A stretch of 32,000 nucleotides of DNA from Candidatus Saccharimonadota bacterium. GTDB taxonomy: Bacteria; Patescibacteriota; Saccharimonadia; Saccharimonadales; Saccharimonadaceae. The notes below the pieces were generated by a model. The model was not told the origin of the DNA, searched no databases, and saw only the letters and a list, made by a program, of their open reading frames with translations. Positions 25,074 to 32,000 of this stretch are shown in pieces. The first letter of the stretch is position 1. Every line of letters starts with the position of its first letter. A program made the translations under genes and the position numbers. The stretch spans positions 240,001 to 272,000 of the forward strand of contig CP060232.1 of assembly GCA_023898645.1 (NCBI GenBank), given 5' to 3'.

Positions 25074-26885
25074 ATGGCTACAGATGATAAAAAAGCTAAA
25101 CCCTACGCGAGACAAGAGCTCACACCTCTTAGTGATGAGCAATTAAAACAAGCGGAGCAAGTTGTTGCAGAGAGCCTTAAAGACAACCCTGAGCTATTTA
25201 ACCTGCCTGATACCAAATACACCGTCGATAGCCTTGTAGACTTCTTTGTACAGTCCCTAGAAGGTAGTAGAAAGATATTACCCAAAGAAAAAAGACGATA
25301 TGTTATTTACCTACGTAAATCTACAGACGATGAAAGAAAACAAGTGAGGTCTATCGAAGACCAACGGAAAGAGTGCTTAGATCTAGCAAAGAGGCTTGAT
25401 ATAAAAGTTAGACCAGAGGATATTTTCGATGAACGGTGGTCGGCTAAAACCTCTGGTAAACGTGACATTTTCAACGCTATGATGAACGGTTTTGAGATTG
25501 GCAAATACCACGGTTTAATCTCGTGGTCACCTGATCGTTTATCACGAAATATGTTAGAGGGTGGACAGATTATCGAACACGTCGACCACGAAAAGATACA
25601 GGATCTGCTGTTTTGCACCTACGCCTTCGATAACACCCCAAATGGCAAGATGATGCTAGGCATCTTGTTTGCCACATCGAAGCAATATAGCGATAAGCTA
25701 GCCGTAGATGTTGCACGAGGTATTACGGGTGCTATTCACGAGGGAAAGTATGTCGGACTTGTTAAAAAAGGCTACTATGCAGATATTGACACAGGTAGGT
25801 TTATGCCAGATGGCGTGCACTGGCAACTATTACGCCAAGCCGTTGCAATGAGGCTCAAAGACGGCAGAACAAACCAAGAGGTAGCGGATTTTCTCAATGC
25901 CTCAAACTTTAGTTTTCGTAAGAGCCAAGATGACACGTATAAAAAAGCAAAGATGGACAAGAAGACGGTCGCTACAATATTCACTGACCCGTTTTATACA
26001 GGTGCTTACAAGTACGGTGACAATATAACCAACCTGAACGATACTTACAACTTTCTACCCCTTATGACACCAGACGAGTTTATTGCTCTAAGTCGCAATA
26101 TGTCCGACAGCTTTAACGCAAAGTTTGTTGGTCGCAATAATGTTTCCAAAAGGCTTGAGTTTGGCTTACTGAGAGAGAAAGTGATCTGTGACTATTGTAG
26201 TAAGATTATGACCTTTCAGCGTACCCAAATCAAACGTGGTAAAAATGCTGGTAGCTGGCAATTAACGTACTACTGTCGCAACAAAGATTGCGTACGTCAT
26301 AATGACGAAGAGGCGATAAGAAAGTACGGCAAAAAACTAGCTAGAAGCGTTAGTGCTAGGTTTATTACGGCACATATCGAATGGACGCTACGCCATATGA
26401 CCGCTAATATCCTTGAGGCTCATAAGCATTATATTAGCCGTATAGAAAAACAAGTGGCGATAGACAAAGAGATAGCAAAACGTAAACTATCAGAGGCTAG
26501 AGCAGAGTTAAAACGCCAAAAAGACAAGTACTCACAGTATCAGAGCTTTCAAGTTGAAGACCCAGAAACATATAAAAAGCACCACGCTGGCAAATTAGAG
26601 TTTCACCAAGCACAGATTAACGCTGTAAACGCTAGCCTCGCTTCTCTGCAAAAAGAGCTAGACGGCTTAAATAAAGCTTTGCCATCTCGTGAAGAGTTTG
26701 TTGAACTCATTAAGTCTTATCTTAAAACTATACTACAGACACGGGATTTGATTGAAGAAGACGCAGTGTATCGTGAGCTAGTGTTGAACCTACGTGCTGG
26801 CGACAACGCCGTATCTGTTATAAAGCTAAATCCACCATACGATATGATGGTGGATTTTAGCAAAAATACTTCTTGGTCGGGGTGA
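25074..26885 (+). CDS. Large serine recombinase (resolvase catalytic domain, recombinase domain, zinc ribbon and coiled coil)
   Basis: YVIYLRKSTDDE (catalytic Ser), SWSPDRLSRN, recombinase domain, CDYCSKIM...YYCRNKDC zinc ribbon, then a long coiled coil. The last four codons and the stop (TGG TCG GGG TGA) lie inside the 3' end of tRNA-Pro. I prefer the ATG at 25074, which is 10 nt after TATAAT at 25058-25063. Confidence 0.9.
   Translation: MATDDKKAKPYARQELTPLSDEQLKQAEQVVAESLKDNPELFNLPDTKYTVDSLVDFFVQSLEGSRKILPKEKRRYVIYLRKSTDDERKQVRSIEDQRKECLDLAKRLDIKVRPEDIFDERWSAKTSGKRDIFNAMMNGFEIGKYHGLISWSPDRLSRNMLEGGQIIEHVDHEKIQDLLFCTYAFDNTPNGKMMLGILFATSKQYSDKLAVDVARGITGAIHEGKYVGLVKKGYYADIDTGRFMPDGVHWQLLRQAVAMRLKDGRTNQEVADFLNASNFSFRKSQDDTYKKAKMDKKTVATIFTDPFYTGAYKYGDNITNLNDTYNFLPLMTPDEFIALSRNMSDSFNAKFVGRNNVSKRLEFGLLREKVICDYCSKIMTFQRTQIKRGKNAGSWQLTYYCRNKDCVRHNDEEAIRKYGKKLARSVSARFITAHIEWTLRHMTANILEAHKHYISRIEKQVAIDKEIAKRKLSEARAELKRQKDKYSQYQSFQVEDPETYKKHHAGKLEFHQAQINAVNASLASLQKELDGLNKALPSREEFVELIKSYLKTILQTRDLIEEDAVYRELVLNLRAGDNAVSVIKLNPPYDMMVDFSKNTSWSG
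26874..26880. repeat. Right copy of the 7-bp direct repeat TGGTCGG (candidate att core, the tRNA 3' end)
   Basis: Complement of CCGACCA (tRNA positions 70-76). Identical to 20700-20706. Confidence 0.5.
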
Positions 26886-26949
26886 AAGGACTCAAACCTT
26901 CGACCTCTCGGTCCCAAACCGAGCGCGCTATCAACTGCGCCACACCCCG
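26874..26949 (-). tRNA. tRNA-Pro (anticodon UGG), 76 nt, CCA encoded
   Basis: Hand-folded cloverleaf. Acceptor CGGGGUG/CACCCCG, D stem GCGC/GCGC, anticodon stem CUCGG/CCGAG with loop UUUGGGA, variable loop AGGUC, T stem GAAGG/CCUUU, discriminator A, CCA. Confidence 0.93.
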
Positions 26950-27020
26950 GAATACTCGTGGTATTATACCTTATTTTACGTCATGTGGAAATGGTTTGGC
27001 TGTGGTAAAGTAGGCATAAT

Positions 27021-27470
27021 ATGACAAAGAGCAAAACGTACCACTTGTTTCATGTTGTCACAAAGCGCCAACCAATACGCTTTGCACTCGTCGGTGTCGC
27101 CAATACGGCAGTCGATTTCGGAGTGTTATTTGGTTTGACAATTTTTTTGCACGTGCCAGTACTTGCTGCGAATATCGTGTCTACAAGCGTAGCTATGGCC
27201 GTCAGTTACCTACTTAACAAACGGGCAGTGTTCCGCGACACCGATATACACAATCGTCAGCAGGTAATGCTGTTCGTTGTCGTTACATTGACGAGTTTGT
27301 GGGTACTACAAGGATTTGTGCTAAGCGCTGTAACGGCGTTATTGTGGGTCGCGACAAATGTGAATCCTGAAATGACACTTTTGATTGCAAAATTGACAGC
27401 TACTGCTGTAAGCCTCATGTGGAATTACACATTGTACAGTCGTGTCGTATTTAAAAACGGTCGAAAGTAA
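27021..27470 (+). CDS. GtrA-family membrane protein
   Basis: 149 aa, four TM segments. RFALVGVANTAVDFGVLFGL N-terminal GtrA signature. Confidence 0.8.
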   Translation: MTKSKTYHLFHVVTKRQPIRFALVGVANTAVDFGVLFGLTIFLHVPVLAANIVSTSVAMAVSYLLNKRAVFRDTDIHNRQQVMLFVVVTLTSLWVLQGFVLSAVTALLWVATNVNPEMTLLIAKLTATAVSLMWNYTLYSRVVFKNGRK

Positions 27471-27473
27471 TAT

Positions 27474-29003
27474 TTAGTTGGAGCTACCGACGACGGTGGG
27501 GGCCAAGGTATTTTTTAATGTCATATTGATTGACGGAGCTGGTCCGTTTTTCCAGTACCAATTCGCCTGTGAACGTAGCAGATGAGTTTCCATGCCGCCA
27601 CCGTTTAGCGTCAGGCACAATACGATGATCGATAATGAGACGAGTGCGTTTCGTGTACGACCTTTGAAGTAGCGGATAAATAGCTCGCGATAAGCAAGTC
27701 CGATCCAGACGAATAATATCGGCATGATAAGAACAAGGTAGCGACCATTGGCAGCTACGATTGTATGCAGCTTCAGATACCCTGTGAAGTTTGTATAAAA
27801 CAGTGCGCCAACGTAGAGCGCGATTACAAGAGCGAAAAGAAGTAAATAACGATTAATTCTTATAATAGACCTCCAAAACACAAGACAAAGCAAAAGCCCG
27901 AATATGCCGATAACGTATGCCGTAATATAAGGTATCGGCAGTGGATTTTGCGTATCGTAATCGTAGTTTATCGCAAAGTATAATCTAAATACGTAGTTAC
28001 CAACCCACACGGGTGCGAAAAATTGCATTGGTGGATCGTGGGGCGGGTTTGTTGCTTTGACGGTTGCTTTCGTGTTGTAGTCACGACCCCATGGGCCAAA
28101 TTGAGCACATTCGGACACGGACCTAATCTGATCGCAAGTTGGCTCGTAGCGATGGTATGTTATTAGGTTTACTCCATATCTTTCGACAAACAGACCGATG
28201 CTAAGGATTGCTACGGCTGCAAGTACTATCTTCATCAATCGTTGCTCAAGTATGAAAGAGCGCCAGATGCTTTTTAGGGTTTTTTGTTTTGCGCCGGTTT
28301 GTAGCCAAATGATAAACAGGTAGATGAGACCAGCCAAAAATATCGGTACGAAAGCGTACTTTACGAGGCTGCCGAATATACCCGCTGCGAGCATATATAT
28401 AAATGTCTTCGCAGGTATGTTTCGGCGCTTAATTGCTTGGCTGCAGCTAATGGTGAGACTGATGAAAAGAGGAGCTATGACAAATGCTAGGTTATCGTAG
28501 TTGATTGTTGCTGCAAGGAAAGGGATGATTGGTATGAGTATAAGTATAAGAAACGAAAAGTTTATTAATGCTTCGGACGTACGAATATGCCGTAGTAAAT
28601 TACGAAATAAGTACATGCCACCAATGAATAGTCCTATGTTGATAAAACGAAGAATGATGATTTGAGCGGTCTGGTTGCTGATGAATAGAGAGATCACCCG
28701 ATAAGGGAAGCTCATTAGATAATGAAACATATACGAATCGTATCGGGTGAGATCACTGTAGGATTCTGATGCTGGTGGTTGTGTTGACATGAAGGGCAGC
28801 AATTGATGTGAATAGAGCTGTATGACCCCAAAGTGATAGTTCTCGTCGAATGCCAGTGGGTATTGGGCGGTAAGCGCAAACCAAGCCGCTTGTATAAACA
28901 ACAGACCTACAATGACGGAAAAGATTTTTTTTGAGCTGATGATGCGGTAAGCGATTTGTAAGATTTTCTTTCCCATTTGTCCCCAGGTTAATCGGCTTTC
29001 CAT
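27474..29003 (-). CDS. GT-C fold glycosyltransferase (ArnT/PMT_2-like polytopic membrane protein)
   Basis: 509 aa with at least 10 TM segments. FDENYHF acidic motif in the first extracytoplasmic loop. The start is uncertain; an alternative ATG lies at 28976, preceded by GGGGA. Confidence 0.55.
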   Translation of the reverse strand: MESRLTWGQMGKKILQIAYRIISSKKIFSVIVGLLFIQAAWFALTAQYPLAFDENYHFGVIQLYSHQLLPFMSTQPPASESYSDLTRYDSYMFHYLMSFPYRVISLFISNQTAQIIILRFINIGLFIGGMYLFRNLLRHIRTSEALINFSFLILILIPIIPFLAATINYDNLAFVIAPLFISLTISCSQAIKRRNIPAKTFIYMLAAGIFGSLVKYAFVPIFLAGLIYLFIIWLQTGAKQKTLKSIWRSFILEQRLMKIVLAAVAILSIGLFVERYGVNLITYHRYEPTCDQIRSVSECAQFGPWGRDYNTKATVKATNPPHDPPMQFFAPVWVGNYVFRLYFAINYDYDTQNPLPIPYITAYVIGIFGLLLCLVFWRSIIRINRYLLLFALVIALYVGALFYTNFTGYLKLHTIVAANGRYLVLIMPILFVWIGLAYRELFIRYFKGRTRNALVSLSIIVLCLTLNGGGMETHLLRSQANWYWKNGPAPSINMTLKNTLAPTVVGSSN

Positions 29004-29129
29004 TATTTAGAGTGTCTTGATTGGCGATTTCTCATATTCTTTCGAATCACAGACAGCAAAACTGTTCTCCATTATAGTAAATCTCCATAGTCAATTCAAC
29101 CGAACATAGGAAGGGCGTATAATAAGAAT

Positions 29130-29603
29130 ATGACTACACCGACAACAACGCCCTACGAAGCACCAGACTTTATGCTACCCGACTCTGGTGGCAACCCCTA
29201 CACGCTCAGAGAACACCATGGGAAATGGGTGGTACTCTATTTCTATCCAAAAGATGACACTCCTGGCTGTACGATTGAAGCGTGCAGCTTGCGTGATGCG
29301 CGTGATGATTTGGCGAAGCTTGGTGCGGATGTTATCGGCGTAAGCAAGGATGACGCATCGAGTCACGAAAAGTTTAAAGCTAAGCATTCTTTGAATTTTA
29401 CGTTACTCACCGACGTTGATGGCAAGGCCATGGAAGCCTACGGCGCGTGGGGAAAAAAGATGTTCGGCAATGAAGGTGTCATTCGCAAAACGTTCATTAT
29501 TGATCCTGAAGGCATGGTTCGTAAAGTTTATGGCCGCGTAACGCCGCTTGGTCACGGAGAGCAGGTCGTTGCCGAACTAAAGAAACTGCAGAACGAAGTC
29601 TAA
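29130..29603 (+). CDS. bcp: Thiol peroxidase Bcp (peroxiredoxin)
   Basis: 157 aa. FYPKDDTPGCTIEAC peroxidatic Cys motif. TATAAT at 29118-29123, 6 nt before the ATG. Confidence 0.9.
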   Translation: MTTPTTTPYEAPDFMLPDSGGNPYTLREHHGKWVVLYFYPKDDTPGCTIEACSLRDARDDLAKLGADVIGVSKDDASSHEKFKAKHSLNFTLLTDVDGKAMEAYGAWGKKMFGNEGVIRKTFIIDPEGMVRKVYGRVTPLGHGEQVVAELKKLQNEV

Positions 29604-30802
29604 GATTCTTGTCGACGACTACTAAGTATAAGCAGTCCTACAAGGGCGCTAATTGTTGAAGCTAGAAAGATGCCAATCTTGGCTGCGTCAAGTTGTGATG
29701 AGCTGTTTGGAAAAGCTAACTCAGCGATAAAGAGAGACATGGTGAATCCGACTCCGGCAATAAATCCAACTCCTATGATATGACGCCAATCAACTTCATC
29801 TGGCAGTTGCGCTATACGCAAACGCACCAACAGCCAGGACATAAGTGTGATGCCAGTCACCTTACCAAACAGCAATCCTGAGACGATTCCGACAATAATA
29901 AACGAACTTGTGGCAAACGGCTCGGGTGACATGACAAAGCCTGCGTTTGCTATTGCGAATAACGGTACAACAAAGAGGGTAGTGAGCGGTAGGAAAAACC
30001 GTTCAACTTTTTCAGGAGTAGATACCCCTTTGTCCTTTGATGAAATCGGCGCTAGCAGACCCATGACGACACCTACGATACTGGCATGGACACCGCTCAG
30101 GTGTGTCGTGAGCCACAGTAATATACCGAGACCTATCACCATCAGTAGTCGTGTTGAAAGGAAAGAGCGGAAAAGGTACGTCATTATAATGATAAAGATC
30201 GAGCAGCCAACGAAAAGCAGGTTAACTCCCCCTGTGTAGAACAGACTGATGACGAGTATGGCCAACATGTCATCTGCAACTGCGAGTGCGAGTAGGAAGA
30301 TTTTTAACTGGATTGGAACTCGGTCCCCAAGTAGTGAGAGTATGGCGACAGCGATAGCGGTGTCTGTTGCGATGGGTATCCCCCACCCCTGCAGTGCGTT
30401 CGTGTGCGCCGTAAAATCTAAATACAAGATTGCAGGAAGTAGCACGCCGCCGATTGCAGCACCGATAGGCAGGATGGCGGTTTTGTGGTCACGCAACTCA
30501 CCACGCATAAACTCTCGTTTAATTTCCAACCCGACGACTAGAAAGAACAATGCCATCAAGCCTTCGTTGAGCCATTCTTTGAGCGAAAGATCTAGTCTCC
30601 ATGTGTCAAAACCGATTGAAAGTGACTGATGCCAGAAATCTAAAAAGAGGTTTTGCAGCGGAGAGTTGACGACGAGTAGCGACAATAGTGCAGCGACGAT
30701 TACTAGTTTGCCGCCAATTGTTTCGTCGCGCAGGAAAAGGCTAAGCGATGCGCTCACTCTGAGCGGGTGCATTCTGTAAATAAGGTGTCGAACCGCTTCC
30801 AT
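29600..30802 (-). CDS. nhaA: Na+/H+ antiporter NhaA
   Basis: 400 aa. WLNEGLMALFFLVVGLEIKREF and LALAVADDMLAILVI (the paired Asp motif). Confidence 0.9.
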   Translation of the reverse strand: MEAVRHLIYRMHPLRVSASLSLFLRDETIGGKLVIVAALLSLLVVNSPLQNLFLDFWHQSLSIGFDTWRLDLSLKEWLNEGLMALFFLVVGLEIKREFMRGELRDHKTAILPIGAAIGGVLLPAILYLDFTAHTNALQGWGIPIATDTAIAVAILSLLGDRVPIQLKIFLLALAVADDMLAILVISLFYTGGVNLLFVGCSIFIIIMTYLFRSFLSTRLLMVIGLGILLWLTTHLSGVHASIVGVVMGLLAPISSKDKGVSTPEKVERFFLPLTTLFVVPLFAIANAGFVMSPEPFATSSFIIVGIVSGLLFGKVTGITLMSWLLVRLRIAQLPDEVDWRHIIGVGFIAGVGFTMSLFIAELAFPNSSSQLDAAKIGIFLASTISALVGLLILSSRRQES

Positions 30803-30804
30803 TG

Positions 30805-31524
30805 TTATCTTGGCCTCCTTAGAGCATGCTTACGGGCGAGTTTTGCTAAACGGTCATCTATGTCTGCCGCTACAAAGTCACCGAACTTTTTTATTGCCGC
30901 TTGTTCGATTAGCCAGTCAGCAATGGTTGGGTTTTTCGGAAGAAGTGAGCCGTGCATATATGAACCTATCACATTATACTGTCGAGCGCCTTCTATGCCG
31001 TCGCGGCTGTTGTTGCCGGCCCCCTGGATGACGGTGCCTAGGGGCTGAACTCCTTCGCCCAAAAAAGTCTGGCCACTATGATTTTCGTAGCCGATGATAT
31101 CTCCAAATTGTTCACTGTGCGTCACGATGTTTCCGATTAAGCGTTCCGGGCCCGCGACGGTCGATATATCAAGTAGGCCTATGCCGTCGATTGTGTGTCC
31201 ATCTTGTGTCTTGAAGTATTTTCCAAATAATTGATACAAACCACAAATCATGAGCATTGGCGTGCCGTCTTTGGCGAGTTCTCTGAGTTTACTGCCAATT
31301 TTCATCAGGTCGTCTTTGATTTTGTCTTGGCCGCTGTCTTGGCCGCCGCCCCCAACGATAATATCGACATCGTCCGGGAATGTGTCGCCAGGGTTGTAGT
31401 TGATTACTTTAGGTTCGTAACTATGCCATTTAATACGCTTTTCGAGTACGAGTGTATTGCCGTGGTCCCCGTATATATTCATGTCGCGCGGGTAAAGCTG
31501 TAGGATAACGAGCTGTTTTTTCAT
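30805..31524 (-). CDS. gatD: Lipid II isoglutaminyl synthase glutaminase subunit GatD (CobQ-type amidotransferase)
   Basis: 239 aa. ICGLYQLFG nucleophile Cys and GYENHSG motifs. Its start overlaps the murT stop by 4 nt. Confidence 0.8.
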   Translation of the reverse strand: MKKQLVILQLYPRDMNIYGDHGNTLVLEKRIKWHSYEPKVINYNPGDTFPDDVDIIVGGGGQDSGQDKIKDDLMKIGSKLRELAKDGTPMLMICGLYQLFGKYFKTQDGHTIDGIGLLDISTVAGPERLIGNIVTHSEQFGDIIGYENHSGQTFLGEGVQPLGTVIQGAGNNSRDGIEGARQYNVIGSYMHGSLLPKNPTIADWLIEQAAIKKFGDFVAADIDDRLAKLARKHALRRPR

Positions 31525-32000
31525 CGTATATCCTCCACGTGCGTTAGTTTGCCGAGCTCACGTCGCAGCGCTAGCATGGCGGTATATGTGCAATAGATTC
31601 GCTTGGGCGAAGATACGTTTTTAGAAAGGAAGTTTTTCAGTCCACCCGCTAAGTCGACGTCGATGCCGTCGACGGGAACTTCGTCGTATTGTAAACGCAA
31701 CGCCATGTCATGGGCACGAATACCGCTAACTTGAGTGACACCGCCTTGACGCAAACTGTCGAAATTAACGTCCCAGAGCCAGCTCATGTCGCGACCGTCC
31801 GCATAATTATCATTGATTGCAATCATAGTTGCTACATTAGTAGGGTCAAATGAGCTTAGGCTTAGTCGGAAACCACTCGGGTTTTTTACAAGAATCAATT
31901 CGCACGGTTGGCCACCCACGATGAGACGTTCGCCACGGCCAAATGCTGGCGTAACTTCTGAAAGACGCTTAATAAGTTTGTCTTGTTTGACGCTATTTCC
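31521..32000 (-). CDS. murT: Lipid II isoglutaminyl synthase MurT, C-terminal part (the gene continues beyond the window)
   Basis: DUF1727-type C-terminus (LILVKNPSGFRLSL, DGRDMSWLWDVNFD). The reading frame stays open upstream of the track's GTG through base 32000 (...PAFGRGERLIVGGQPCE). Confidence 0.8.
   Translation of the reverse strand, partial: GNSVKQDKLIKRLSEVTPAFGRGERLIVGGQPCELILVKNPSGFRLSLSSFDPTNVATMIAINDNYADGRDMSWLWDVNFDSLRQGGVTQVSGIRAHDMALRLQYDEVPVDGIDVDLAGGLKNFLSKNVSSPKRIYCTYTAMLALRRELGKLTHVEDIR

Larger units (their letters stand above)
20700..26880. mobile_element. Approximately 6.2-kb integrative island at the 3' end of tRNA-Pro, carrying a large serine recombinase and defence-type cargo
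   Basis: The recombinase gene abuts and overlaps the tRNA. TGGTCGG occurs at both ends. An orphan tRNA-terminator hairpin sits at the left junction. The cargo genes (OLD nuclease, TIR protein, small membrane proteins) are typical of defence islands. The sequence looks more A+T-rich by eye; this was not computed. Confidence 0.55.

Noticed and set aside
26831-26854. 8-bp inverted repeat TCCACCAT-N8-ATGGTGGA near the 3' end of the recombinase gene, considered as a recombinase binding site
   Set aside because: A single 8-bp inverted repeat with a short spacer is expected by chance at this sequence length. It lies in coding sequence and has no counterpart at the left end.
29847-31503. Plus-strand ORFs inside nhaA and gatD (29847-30239, 30249-30629, 30767-31048, 30810-31031, 31231-31503)
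   Set aside because: They are antisense to well-supported NhaA and GatD frames, with biased Ser/Arg/Ala-rich composition. They are shadow ORFs.
1-32000. CRISPR arrays, rRNA genes, IS elements or transposases, and alternative genetic code
   Set aside because: No regularly spaced direct repeats were seen. I found no rRNA-like conserved blocks and no transposase-like ORFs. All well-supported genes read through with the standard code, with no in-frame TGA in conserved domains.

Overview
This is a gene-dense chromosomal segment. By gene content it best fits a reduced-genome, Gram-positive-type bacterium such as Candidatus Saccharibacteria (TM7) or another CPR lineage; that placement is inference, not a database result.

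The core genes are:
- a 5'-truncated lamin-tail-domain surface protein
- ruvC, a class A PBP, ruvA, ruvB, and an isolated type IV prepilin
- recA, a small ORF, and recX
- a minus-strand type IV pilus operon (pilB-pilC-pilM-pilN-pilO-like-small TM-PRC barrel)
- tsaE, a very short tsaB, and rny
- a DUF2419-like, hypothetical, DUF3445-like trio
- GtrA, a GT-C glycosyltransferase, bcp, and murT-gatD-nhaA

The stand-out region is an approximately 6.2-kb island (about 20700-26880) inserted at the 3' CCA end of tRNA-Pro(UGG). It is bounded by a 7-bp direct repeat, TGGTCGG. The displaced tRNA terminator hairpin is still present at the left junction. The island carries:
- a large serine recombinase whose stop codon lies inside the tRNA
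- an OLD-family ATPase-Toprim nuclease
- a TM2-like mini membrane protein preceded by a roughly 150-nt highly structured, promoter-to-terminator RNA leader
- a two-gene operon pairing a ThsB-like TIR (DUF1863-type) protein with an unannotatable 4-TM protein; I saw no SIR2/SLOG or Macro ThsA partner

I regard the TIR plus 4-TM pair, and the riboswitch-like RNA divergent from it, as the best candidates for an undescribed defence or signalling system.

A window-wide TATAAT-N6/7-ATG arrangement suggests frequent leaderless transcription. No CRISPR array, rRNA or IS element was seen.
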